Shown one piece after another: positions 43,259 to 52,469 of a stretch of DNA of 64,000 nucleotides. The notes under the pieces are model-generated. The model was not told where the DNA came from. It made no database searches and saw nothing but the letters and a program-made list of their open reading frames with translations. Source of the DNA: an uncultured Rickettsiales bacterium (GTDB lineage: Bacteria; Myxococcota_A; UBA796; UBA9615); assembly GCA_964512225.1 (NCBI GenBank), contig CAZEKB010000023.1, positions 6,771 through 70,770 on the forward strand, written 5' to 3'. Both the position numbers and the translations under genes were made by a program. Position 1 is the first letter of the stretch; each line of letters begins with the position of its first letter.

Positions 43259-45859
43259 ATGACGGAGTCCTCGTCCGCGCGACGAAGCCTCGCCGTCGCG
43301 GCGGGGCGGGGCGCCTTCGCGGCGCCCTTCTTCGTCATGCCGGCGTTCCTCACGATCGACGCGCCGGACCTTCATCAGGGCCACGGAGTCCACGTCCAGG
43401 AGGCGATCGCGCTGGCGCTGCTCGGCGCCGTGATCGGGCTGGTCCGGGGCTTCGACGGGGGCGGGGGCGGGGCGGACTTCCTGCGGCGGCTCGGTCGGGC
43501 GGGGGCCGTGGTCCTGGGCGTCGCCGCGACGATCGCCGCGCTGCCGTGGATCGCCGTGCGGGCCGCCGACCGCGCGGCGGATCTGCTCGACGTCTTCCCC
43601 GCCGACGCTTACGGCTGGGGCGACCGGTACGTGCCGGACGCGCCGACCCTCGTCTTGATCGCGCTGGTCGCGATCGGCGAAGCGATCCGACGGCATCGCG
43701 GCGTCGCGTACGCGGGCCCGCACGTGGCCCTGATCGCCTGCGTCGGGGTCGCCGGGGCGCGGTTGGCCGAGCTCGCCGCCGTCGCCGGACCCGTCCCGCG
43801 GTGGGCGCTTTGGGGCCTCCTCGCCGCGCTGCTCCTGCCCCGGGGCGTGGCCTGGGAGGAGGCCCTCGACGCCGTCCCGGCCCGGGCGGCCCTGGCCGTC
43901 GCGGGCGTGCTCGCGGTGGGGGCCGTCGCCCCCCCGACGCTGCCGTCGCTGTTGCTCGACGCGGCGGTGGTCGCCATCGCCTGGAGGTTCGGCCAGTCCG
44001 GGCGCGGCGCGCTGCGGATCCCGCCGGAGCTGAGCACCCTCGGCTTCGCGGCGGCCGCGGTCTTCCTCGTCCCCGCGGCCTGGCTGCTGCTCACCGTGAT
44101 CCCCGCGGCGGCCGGGGCGCTTGCCTCGCTCTTCCCGGCCGAGCACCCGGACGGCTTCCGCGCCTTCGCCGCCTGGGTTCGCGTCCCCGCCATCGGCTTC
44201 GGGCTCGTGGGGCTCGCGCACGTCGTCCGCGGGGGCGATCGGCGCTGGGTCCTGGGGGCCGGGGCGTGGATCGCCGTGGGGTTCGTCGGCGCCGCCCTCG
44301 TGGGGGTGCTGTACGGCACGCCGGCGGCCGATCTCGCCTCGATCCTGCCGTCGCTCGGCGCGGGCGTCGCCGCCATCGCGCTCCTCCGCGGCCCCTCGCC
44401 GGCGGGGCGCGCGCTGGGGGCGGGCCCGGTGGTCCTGGCCGCCGTCGTGGGGGCGACCGCGGGGCGGATCGTATGCGCCTCCTTCCTCCCGATGATGTCG
44501 CCGGTCGCCTTGCAGCTCGGCGTCGGCGCGCTGATCGGGGGCTTCGCGGGTCGAGCCCTGGCGGGTCGACTCGAGGGGCCGCCCGACGCCCCCTGGGGGT
44601 ACGCGGGCACCCTCTTCGTGTGGGTGTATTCGGCCTACCTGCCCATGTTCGTGGCCGTCGCCTACGGGCTGCATCGGGAGTGGGTCCTGGCGGTGCTCGC
44701 GGTGGCCGCCGTCGTGCTCGCCACGACTCGGGTGCGGGCCCGCTGGGTGGTGTACGGCTGCTTCTACGCGACGTTCGCGATCGTCGCTTCGTTCAAGACG
44801 GGCCCGTCCGAGCAGCACTGCGCGACGGTGGCGGCGACGGGGGGCGCCGACCTGGTCTTCCCCCGGTTCGGGGCCGATCACGACCGCACCCTCGTGGAGC
44901 CCTACGACGTGCTCCCCGTGCGGGGGACGTCCCACGTGATCGTGGCGCAGAAGCGGTACCAGAAGACGGGCGGGCACCTCGCGCTGATCGACGTCGAGCG
45001 AGGCGTGGAGACGGGGCGGCTGCGGCCGGGCGACCTCCGCGTCCCCGGCAGCCCGGCCACCTGGCCCGAGCGGATGGAGTGGGACCCCCGGCGCGGCACC
45101 GCGTGGGTGCAGATCCTCGCCGGGGACAGCTACTCGATGTGGGAGGTCGCCGCGACGCCGGCGACGGCCCCGACCCGGCTCGAGCTCCGGCGGCGCGTGC
45201 CCCTGCTGTGGGAGCCCGGGAGCCCCGGCATCGACGAGCGCCTCGATCGGCTCGTGGTGTCGCTCGTGCCCAACCGGGAGGAGAGCGCGCCCCCGCTGCT
45301 CGGCGCGTACGACCTCGAGACGCTCAAGGGCCGGCTGCCCGACCGACTCGCCGACGACGCGCGGGGCGTGTTCGAGATGGCCGACTACGTGGCCGTCGAC
45401 GCGTGGTCGGGTGCCTACTACGTGCCCGCGTTCATCGACCTCGTCCGCTTCGCGATCGTGGAGGTGAGCGCGGAGGACGGGCGCAGCCTTCGCCGTCGGG
45501 AGACCTTCCACCCCACCGTGGGCCTCGCCGCCGACGGGCGCCGGGGGCGGATCCACCTCACCAACTCGATGGCGAGCACCCTCGACATCCGGTCCACGGC
45601 GGACCTCCGCCTCCTGCAGCGCCTGCCCACGGGGGCGTTCCCCCGGGACGTCGTCTTCGACGCCGACCGGGGCCTGCTCTTCGTCGCGGGGTACGGCGAC
45701 GGCGTGGTCACCACCTTCGACGTCGCCGGCGCGGAGGCCCGCCCCGTCGCGGAGGTCCGCCTGGGCCCCCTGCTCCGCGGGTTGGGGCTGGATCCCGTGA
45801 GCGGGCGCGTCTTCGGCGCGTCGGGGTGCGGGGTCTTCGAGGTGCCGACGGCCCGGTGA
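43259..45859 (+). CDS. Membrane protein: N-terminal about 12-TM domain plus C-terminal β-propeller-like domain (866 aa)
   Basis: Hydrophobic Ala/Gly/Leu/Val-rich N-terminal half with many predicted helices. The C-terminal half is soluble. Starts 10 nt after the RCC1 gene. Confidence 0.55.
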   Translation: MTESSSARRSLAVAAGRGAFAAPFFVMPAFLTIDAPDLHQGHGVHVQEAIALALLGAVIGLVRGFDGGGGGADFLRRLGRAGAVVLGVAATIAALPWIAVRAADRAADLLDVFPADAYGWGDRYVPDAPTLVLIALVAIGEAIRRHRGVAYAGPHVALIACVGVAGARLAELAAVAGPVPRWALWGLLAALLLPRGVAWEEALDAVPARAALAVAGVLAVGAVAPPTLPSLLLDAAVVAIAWRFGQSGRGALRIPPELSTLGFAAAAVFLVPAAWLLLTVIPAAAGALASLFPAEHPDGFRAFAAWVRVPAIGFGLVGLAHVVRGGDRRWVLGAGAWIAVGFVGAALVGVLYGTPAADLASILPSLGAGVAAIALLRGPSPAGRALGAGPVVLAAVVGATAGRIVCASFLPMMSPVALQLGVGALIGGFAGRALAGRLEGPPDAPWGYAGTLFVWVYSAYLPMFVAVAYGLHREWVLAVLAVAAVVLATTRVRARWVVYGCFYATFAIVASFKTGPSEQHCATVAATGGADLVFPRFGADHDRTLVEPYDVLPVRGTSHVIVAQKRYQKTGGHLALIDVERGVETGRLRPGDLRVPGSPATWPERMEWDPRRGTAWVQILAGDSYSMWEVAATPATAPTRLELRRRVPLLWEPGSPGIDERLDRLVVSLVPNREESAPPLLGAYDLETLKGRLPDRLADDARGVFEMADYVAVDAWSGAYYVPAFIDLVRFAIVEVSAEDGRSLRRRETFHPTVGLAADGRRGRIHLTNSMASTLDIRSTADLRLLQRLPTGAFPRDVVFDADRGLLFVAGYGDGVVTTFDVAGAEARPVAEVRLGPLLRGLGLDPVSGRVFGASGCGVFEVPTAR

Positions 45860-45902
45860 GTCGCGCCGGCGACACGCGCGCGCCGCCCCGTGATAGACCC
45901 CC

Positions 45903-46775
45903 GTGATGCTTCGCCTCCTGCTGTTCGCCTCGTTGCTTTCGCTGGCGGTCGGATGCCCGGCCGAGCGACCCAGCGAAACCCCCGCTCCCGCAGGCCCCTC
46001 CGCGTCGCCTTCCGAGGTCCGGCCCCGGGCGGTGACCGTGAGCGTTCGCCCCCACGCGACGCTGCCGTCGGAGTCCGCCCTCGTCTTCCTGGGCTTCGCC
46101 GACGCGGACGTGGACGGCGGGCACCCGAAGCAGCGCAAGCTGCCGAACTGGTACTGGAGCAGCGAGCGGCTCGAGATCCGGCCCGAGATGAAGCTCCAGG
46201 TCGACATGCCCGACCGGACGAACCTCATCGTGATCGTCGACGCCAACGAGGACGGGCGGCCTTCGCCCGGAGAGCGAAGCACCCAGATGCTCCGCGGACC
46301 CGGCGACGCGGCGACCTTCACGGCGACGATCGATCGTTCGTTCGGGGAGCTGTGGGGGGACGTGCGCCTCAGCGACGTCGACCCCTCCGAGGGTTCGGGC
46401 GTGGACGCGGCGCCGGGCCGCAGCACGACGTTCCGGATCGACGCGGATCCGCGGGTCAAGGTCGCGGGGGGGAGCATCCTGTTCGTGGGCTACGAGGACA
46501 CCGAGCTCGAGGGCGGCAAGCCCATGCCCGACGCGCAGGCCTGGTTCTTCTGGAGGGTGATCCAGGACGAGATCACCTGGCCGATGACGGTCGCCGCGCG
46601 CGTCCCCCGCGAGGGCAAGTACTTCGTGGTGGTCGATCTCGACGGGGACGCGCAGGCCGGCCTCGGGGATCTCACGACCCCGGCGCTCGCCCCTCCGGAC
46701 CCCCGGACCGGGACGGACGCGCTGGAGGTGGTCCTGGACCGGACGTGGACCTTCGCCGAGGAGGAGGAGGAGTGA
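45903..46775 (+). CDS. Lipoprotein (290 aa), function unknown
   Basis: N-terminus MMLRLLLFASLLSLAVGC. Ends EEEEE*, overlapping the hslO start. Confidence 0.65.
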   Translation: MMLRLLLFASLLSLAVGCPAERPSETPAPAGPSASPSEVRPRAVTVSVRPHATLPSESALVFLGFADADVDGGHPKQRKLPNWYWSSERLEIRPEMKLQVDMPDRTNLIVIVDANEDGRPSPGERSTQMLRGPGDAATFTATIDRSFGELWGDVRLSDVDPSEGSGVDAAPGRSTTFRIDADPRVKVAGGSILFVGYEDTELEGGKPMPDAQAWFFWRVIQDEITWPMTVAARVPREGKYFVVVDLDGDAQAGLGDLTTPALAPPDPRTGTDALEVVLDRTWTFAEEEEE

Positions 46776-47638
46776 CCGATCGGCTGCTGCGCGGGATCTC
46801 GCGCGACAAGCTCCACCGCGTCTTCGTGGCCCGCACCACCGAGGCCGTCCGGGAGGCGACCGCCCGGCACCAGCTGGCGGGGGTGCCCGCGATGGCCCTC
46901 GCCCGCGGCATGACCGCCGCGCTGATGGCGGCGGTCACCGACCCCGAGTGGCACCGCGTCTCCTTTCAGTGGGCGACGCGGGCGGCGCTGGGGACGATGC
47001 ACGTGGACGTGCGGGCGCCCGGTGATCTGCGGGGGTACGTGAGCCTCGCCGAGGACGCCGCCGAGTCCGTCGGTCGGCCGCTGATCGACTGGGTCCGGCC
47101 CGGCCTCCTGGTCGCGCTCCGGCAGGAGGCCTCGGGGCGCTTCTCCCAGGGACAGATCCCGATCGATCCGGGCGAGGTCGACGTGGACGTCGAGACCTAC
47201 CTGCGACGCAGCGAGCAGGTCGCTTCCGGGCTGCGCGTGCTCGCCACGGAGGACGCCGCGGGCGGGCCTCGCGAGGTGGTCGGCGTGCTGGTGCAGACGC
47301 TCCCGGGCGGAGACCCGGGGCGCGCGATCCTGCCCGACGAGCTCCGCGAGCGGACGCGGGCTCCGGGTCCCCTGAACGACATCGCCGCCGCCGCGCTGCC
47401 GGGCCTGGCCATCGACATCCTCGAGGAGACGCCCCTGCGCTTTCAGTGCGCGTGCAGCCGGTCCCGGGTGGAGATGAGCATCCGCCTGCTCGGGGCGTCC
47501 GACCTCGAGCAGATGATCGCCGCGGGCGAGTCCACGGCGGTGCGGTGCGAGTTCTGCGCGGCGGTCTACGACGTGGGCGTCCCCGACCTCGCGCGCATCC
47601 TGCAGGGCCTGCGCGAGCACCCGATCGGCGAGGCCTGA
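46772..47638 (+). CDS. hslO: Hsp33 redox-regulated chaperone
   Basis: GTG start overlapping the upstream stop and preceded by GGAGGAGGAGGAG. C-terminal zinc centre CAC…(n)…CEFC (CxC…CxxC). Confidence 0.85.
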   Translation: MTDRLLRGISRDKLHRVFVARTTEAVREATARHQLAGVPAMALARGMTAALMAAVTDPEWHRVSFQWATRAALGTMHVDVRAPGDLRGYVSLAEDAAESVGRPLIDWVRPGLLVALRQEASGRFSQGQIPIDPGEVDVDVETYLRRSEQVASGLRVLATEDAAGGPREVVGVLVQTLPGGDPGRAILPDELRERTRAPGPLNDIAAAALPGLAIDILEETPLRFQCACSRSRVEMSIRLLGASDLEQMIAAGESTAVRCEFCAAVYDVGVPDLARILQGLREHPIGEA

Positions 47639-47642
47639 CGGG

Positions 47643-48182
47643 CTAGGACGGGGCCGCGGCCTCCCAGGCGGCGTAGGCCTGCTCCCCGAACAGCACGAAG
47701 TCGATCGCCTCGAGCGCGCCCGCCTCCGCGCGGCACGTCGCCCACGCGATCTCCGCCGCTTCGTCCAGGGGGTAGCCGTACACGCCGCACGAGATGGCGG
47801 GGAACGCGATCCGACGCAGGCCGCGCTGGTCGGCGAGCCGCAGGGTGCTCCGGTACGCGGACTCGAGCAGCGGCGCCGAGGCTTCCGGCGATCGGTAGAC
47901 GGGGCCGACGGTGTAGAGGACCCACGACACGCGGAGTCGACCGAAGGCGGGCGTGATCCGAGCTTCGCCGGTGGGGCAGCGCACGCCGAGGGCGACCTGG
48001 GGCACCGCCTCGCAGGCCTTCCGCAGCGCCTTCCCGGCGGCCCGGTGGATGGCGCCGTCCACCCCGCCGCCGCCGAGCATGCCCTCGTTCGCCGCGTTCA
48101 CGATCGCGTCGCCCTCCCACTCGGTCAGGTCGCCCCGGATCAGGGTGGTCGTGCAGGCTGCGGTGAGGGCGAAGGTGCGCAC
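47643..48182 (-). CDS. Macro domain protein (O-acetyl-ADP-ribose deacetylase, YmdB-like)
   Basis: AIVNAANEGMLGGGGVDGAIHRAAG signature. Confidence 0.85.
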   Translation of the reverse strand: MRTFALTAACTTTLIRGDLTEWEGDAIVNAANEGMLGGGGVDGAIHRAAGKALRKACEAVPQVALGVRCPTGEARITPAFGRLRVSWVLYTVGPVYRSPEASAPLLESAYRSTLRLADQRGLRRIAFPAISCGVYGYPLDEAAEIAWATCRAEAGALEAIDFVLFGEQAYAAWEAAAPS

Positions 48183-48215
48183 CCGGACAGCGTAGTCCGG
48201 GCCGAAGCGGAGGAG

Positions 48216-50498
48216 CTACTCGGGGTAGCTGAGCTCGAGCCCGTCCTCCCAGCCGTCGGGCACGGGATCGGGCTTCACCTTGCGGTCCACGTGCACCTTC
48301 CCGCCGTCGAGCAGGGCGCCGAACAGCAGCTCGTCGGCCAGGACCTTGCGGATGTGCTCGTGGATCACGCGCGACATCGGCCGGGCCCCGAACTTCGGGT
48401 CGTAGCCCTTCTTCGCGAGCCACTCCTTGGCGGCGTCGGTGACCTCGAGGGCGACCTTCTTGTCGGCGAGCTGGCCGTCCAGCTCCAGCAGGAACTTGTC
48501 GACGACCATGCGCACGACGTCCGGGGGCAGGCCCTTGAACTGCACGATCCCGTCGAGCCGGTTGCGGAACTCGGGGCTGAACACCCGCTCCAGCGCCTTG
48601 TTCTTGCCCTGCTTGGCCCCCGGCGCGCCCCCGCCGAACCCGACCTTGTTGCGGTCCGCGTCTCGGGCGCCCGCGTTCGTCGTCATGATGATGACGACCG
48701 AGCGGAAGTCGGCCTTGCGGCCGTTGTTGTCGGTGAGCGTGGCGTGGTCCATGACCTGCAGCAGGATGTTGAACAGGTCCGGGTGCGCCTTCTCGATCTC
48801 GTCGAGGACGAGGACCGAGTGCGGGTTCTTGACGATCGCGTCCGTGAGCAGGCCGCCCTGATCGAAGCCGACGTAGCCCGGGGGCGCGCCGATGAGGCGG
48901 CTCACCGTGTGCTTCTCCATGTACTCGGACATGTCGAAGCGCAGGAAGTTGACGCCCATGACCGACGCCAGCTGCTTCGCCAGCTCGGTCTTGCCGACGC
49001 CGGTGGGGCCCGAGAACAGGAAGCTGCCGATGGGCTTGTCCGGCGCGCCGAGGCCGCTGCGGTTCATCTTGATCGCGGCCGTGACGGTCGAGATCGCGTC
49101 GTCCTGCCCGAAGATCAGGAGCTTCAGGTCCCGCGCCAGGTCCTTGAGCTTGACCTTGTCGTCCTTGCTGACGGTGCGCGGGGGGATGCGCGCGATCTTC
49201 GCGACGACCTGCTCGATGTCCTTCGGGCGGATCGTCTTGCGGCGCCGGTGCGCGGGCTGGAGCATCACGTAGGCGCCGGCCTCGTCGAGCACGTCGATCG
49301 CCTTGTCCGGCAGCTTGCTGTCGTTGATGTGGCGCGCCGCCAGCTCGGCCGCCGCCCGCAGGGCCGCGGTGGTGTAGCGGATCCCGTGGTGCTCCTCGTA
49401 CCGGTCCTTGAGTCCCTGGAGGATCTTGACCGTCTCTTCCACCGTCGGCTCCACGATGTCGATCTTCTGGAAGCGACGCGCGAGCGCTCGGTCCTTGCCG
49501 AAGGCGGACTTGTACTCGGCGAAGGTCGTGGACCCGATGCAGCGGAGCTCGCCGGAGCTGAGGGCGGGCTTGAGCATGTTGCTCGCGTCCATCGTCCCGC
49601 CGGACGTGGCCCCGGCGCCCACGACGGTGTGGATCTCGTCGATGAACAGGATGTTGTCCGGGTCCCCGGTGATCGTCTCGATCAGGGCCTTCAGTCGCTC
49701 CTCGAAGTCGCCGCGGAAGCGGGTGCCGGCGAGGAGCGAGGCCATGTTCAGCGAGTAGAGCTTCGCGTTCAGCAGGACCTCGGGGACCTTGCCCTCGTGG
49801 ATCGCGAGGGCGAGCCCTTCGGCGATCGCCGTCTTGCCGACGCCGGGGTCCCCGACCAGCACGGGGTTGTTCTTCCGACGCCGACACAGGACCTGGACGG
49901 TGCGCTCGATCTCGGCGTCGCGGCCGATGAGCGGGTCGATCTTCCCCTGCGCGGCGCGGTCGATCAGGTCGATGCAGAAGCTGCCCAGCGGGTCCGACAG
50001 GGCGCCTTCGCGCTCGCCGTCTTCGCTCACGCCCTTCGGCGTCTTGGACGTGACCCCGCCGGTCCCGTCCTTGGTGATCCCGTGGGAGATGAAGTTCACG
50101 ACGTCGAAGCGCGTGACCTCCTGCTGCTCGAGGAAGTAGACCGCGTTGCTCTCCTCTTCGCGGTACATCGCCACGAGGAGGTTGCCGGCGTTGATCTCGT
50201 CGCGGCCCGAGCTGCGGGTGTGCATGGCGGCCCGCTGCAGTACGCGGCGGAAGGAGATCGTCTGCTGGGGCTCGATGTCGGCGCCCTCGGGCAGAGGCTC
50301 GACGTCCTCGCTGAGGAACGCCGTGAGCTGGGCCCGCAGCTCCTCCAGGTCGGCGTCGCAGGCGCCGAGGATGTCCTTGGCCGTGGTGTCGTCCAGCATC
50401 GCCAGCAGGAGGTGCTCGAGCAGCAGGTACTCGTGGCGCATCTCCATCGCGGTCTCGACGGCGCGGCGAAGGGTCTCTTGGAGCTCTCGGGTCAGCAT
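48216..50498 (-). CDS. clpA: ATP-dependent Clp protease ATP-binding subunit ClpA
   Basis: Two AAA+ modules (GDPGVGKT and GPTGVGKT Walker A) and an N-terminal Clp_N repeat. 760 aa. Confidence 0.95.
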   Translation of the reverse strand: MLTRELQETLRRAVETAMEMRHEYLLLEHLLLAMLDDTTAKDILGACDADLEELRAQLTAFLSEDVEPLPEGADIEPQQTISFRRVLQRAAMHTRSSGRDEINAGNLLVAMYREEESNAVYFLEQQEVTRFDVVNFISHGITKDGTGGVTSKTPKGVSEDGEREGALSDPLGSFCIDLIDRAAQGKIDPLIGRDAEIERTVQVLCRRRKNNPVLVGDPGVGKTAIAEGLALAIHEGKVPEVLLNAKLYSLNMASLLAGTRFRGDFEERLKALIETITGDPDNILFIDEIHTVVGAGATSGGTMDASNMLKPALSSGELRCIGSTTFAEYKSAFGKDRALARRFQKIDIVEPTVEETVKILQGLKDRYEEHHGIRYTTAALRAAAELAARHINDSKLPDKAIDVLDEAGAYVMLQPAHRRRKTIRPKDIEQVVAKIARIPPRTVSKDDKVKLKDLARDLKLLIFGQDDAISTVTAAIKMNRSGLGAPDKPIGSFLFSGPTGVGKTELAKQLASVMGVNFLRFDMSEYMEKHTVSRLIGAPPGYVGFDQGGLLTDAIVKNPHSVLVLDEIEKAHPDLFNILLQVMDHATLTDNNGRKADFRSVVIIMTTNAGARDADRNKVGFGGGAPGAKQGKNKALERVFSPEFRNRLDGIVQFKGLPPDVVRMVVDKFLLELDGQLADKKVALEVTDAAKEWLAKKGYDPKFGARPMSRVIHEHIRKVLADELLFGALLDGGKVHVDRKVKPDPVPDGWEDGLELSYPE

Positions 50499-50595
50499 GG
50501 CGTACTGATAATCATTCCGCAGCCCCCGTGCCGGCGCCAGTGCGGCGCGCGAACCGTGACATCCTCGGGCTCGCGGCGCGACGCGGCGGCAGGGG

Positions 50596-50970
50596 TCAGT
50601 ACCGGGTCACCACCCCGGCGTCGGAGCAGTCGTCTTCGGGCTCGGTGCTGCTCGCGTCCACGGGATCGCCGCCGGTCGAGTACCAGTGCACGGTCTCGGT
50701 GTACGACGCCAGCCCGGCCTCGCAGTCGGCGGTCAGATCCGCGTCGGGGCAGGCCGTGCCGTAGGCGTACACGCCCCCGAGGCTGTCGCACAGCGAGCTG
50801 AGGGAGCTCGCGCAGGTCGCGCTGAGCTGGGTCGCGTAGAGGGGGTTGTCCGGCGCCGCGAACTCCACGCATCGGGACTCGTCGGCGATCAGGTCGCAGG
50901 AGCAGACGTCGGAGCCGCAGCCCGCCAGGGCGACGGCGGCGAGGACCGCGAGGGCGGGGGAGAGGCGCAT
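50596..50970 (-). CDS. Small Cys-rich lipoprotein (124 aa) between clpS and clpA
   Basis: ATG at 50970 preceded by AGGAG, which overlaps the clpS stop (TAGGAGccccgATG). N-terminus MRLSPALAVLAAVALAGC. Contains 10 Cys. Confidence 0.6.
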   Translation of the reverse strand: MRLSPALAVLAAVALAGCGSDVCSCDLIADESRCVEFAAPDNPLYATQLSATCASSLSSLCDSLGGVYAYGTACPDADLTADCEAGLASYTETVHWYSTGGDPVDASSTEPEDDCSDAGVVTRY

Positions 50971-50978
50971 CGGGGCTC

Positions 50979-51299
50979 CTATTCGGCTTCCATCGAGCAC
51001 TGCAGGGGGAACTCGTGCCGCTGGGCCGCGGCGAGGACCTGCTGCACCTTGGTCTCGGCGATCTCGTGGGTGAAGACGCCGGCGATCCCCACCCCGTGGT
51101 GGTGCACGTGCAGCATCACGCGCGTCGCGTCCACTTCGTTGAGGCGGAAGAGCTGCTGCAGGATGGCGACCACGAACTCCATGGGGGTGTAGTCGTCGTT
51201 GTGCAGCAGGACCTTGTAGCGCTTGGGGCGCTTGGTCTTGGGCTTTTCCTTGGTGGCGACGCCGCCCTTCCGGCGGGTGCCCGTCTGATCGTCGGCCAT
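50979..51299 (-). CDS. clpS: ATP-dependent Clp protease adaptor ClpS
   Basis: YKVLLHNDDYTPMEFVV…MLHVHHHGVGIAGVFTHEIAETK. 106 aa. Confidence 0.9.
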   Translation of the reverse strand: MADDQTGTRRKGGVATKEKPKTKRPKRYKVLLHNDDYTPMEFVVAILQQLFRLNEVDATRVMLHVHHHGVGIAGVFTHEIAETKVQQVLAAAQRHEFPLQCSMEAE

Positions 51300-51323
51300 G
51301 GCGGCGCCATAATAGATCCGTAG

Positions 51324-52460
51324 ATGGAGATGACCATCCAGGAGGGTGTCGCGGGCATCGATCCCGAGCAGTGGGACCGCCTCGACCACAGCCCCTCGCC
51401 GTTCCTGGAGCACGCGTTCCTGCACGCGCTCGAGACGTCCGGCTCCGTCGGCGACGGCACCGGCTGGAAGCCGCTCTTCGTGACGCTGGTCCACGACGGC
51501 GAGCTCCTGGGCGCAGTCCCCGCCTACATCAAGAGCCACTCGTACGGCGAGTACATCTTCGACTGGGCCTGGGCGAACGGGTCCCAGCGCTCGGGGCTGC
51601 CCTACTACCCCAAGCTCGTCGTCGCGGTGCCGTTCACGCCCGCCGCAGGGCGTCGGATCCTGCTGGCGCCGGGGCAGGGGCGCGAGACGGCGCTGGCCCT
51701 GTCGCGGGCCGTCCGGGAGCTCGCCCGCGACGTCGGCCTCAGCTCCGTCCACTGGCTCTTCTGCACCCGCGAGGAGCAGGAGCTGCTCGCCTCGGACCGG
51801 TGGATGGCCCGCCTCACGATGCAGTACCACTGGTTCAACCGCGGCTGGTCGACGTTCGACGACTTCCTGGGGGCGCTGCGGGGGAAGCGTCGCCGGGAGC
51901 TCCGGCGCGAGCGTCGCAAGGTCGCCGACGCCGGGATCGCGGTGCGGATGCTCTCCGGCTCGGAGATGACGTCCGAGCACTGGTCCGCGATGCAGCGCTT
52001 CTACCGGGATACGACCGGGCGCAAGTGGGGCAGCGCCTACCTGGAGCCCGCCTTCTTCTCGACGGTGGGCCGCACGATGCCCCACCGCGTGCGCTTCGCC
52101 GCCGCCGAGAAGGACGGCCGCCTGATCGCCGGGGCCCTCAACTTCGAGCGCGACGACGCGATGTTCGGGCGCTACTGGGGCTGCGACGAGGGGCACGCCG
52201 CGCTCCACTTCGAGACCTGCTACTACGCCGCCATCGAGCACAGCATCGACGCCGGCCTGAGCCGCTACGAGGCGGGCGCGCAGGGCGGCCACAAGATCCC
52301 GCGGGGGTTCCTGCCGGCCCCGACGTACAGCGCGCACTGGCTCGCCCACCCCGGCCTCGGGCGCGCGGTGGGGGGCTTCGTGGAGCAGGAGCGGCGCGAG
52401 ACCGAACACGCGATGGCGATGCTCGCCCGTCGCTCGCCCTTCGCCGACCCGCGTCGGTAG
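51324..52460 (+). CDS. GNAT-fold N-acyltransferase, DUF482/FemAB-like (BioF2-like) family
   Basis: SPFLEHAFLHALETSGSV…GWKP.H N-terminal signature of the DUF482 family. 378 aa. Confidence 0.7.
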   Translation: MEMTIQEGVAGIDPEQWDRLDHSPSPFLEHAFLHALETSGSVGDGTGWKPLFVTLVHDGELLGAVPAYIKSHSYGEYIFDWAWANGSQRSGLPYYPKLVVAVPFTPAAGRRILLAPGQGRETALALSRAVRELARDVGLSSVHWLFCTREEQELLASDRWMARLTMQYHWFNRGWSTFDDFLGALRGKRRRELRRERRKVADAGIAVRMLSGSEMTSEHWSAMQRFYRDTTGRKWGSAYLEPAFFSTVGRTMPHRVRFAAAEKDGRLIAGALNFERDDAMFGRYWGCDEGHAALHFETCYYAAIEHSIDAGLSRYEAGAQGGHKIPRGFLPAPTYSAHWLAHPGLGRAVGGFVEQERRETEHAMAMLARRSPFADPRR

Positions 52461-52469
52461 ACTCCCGCG

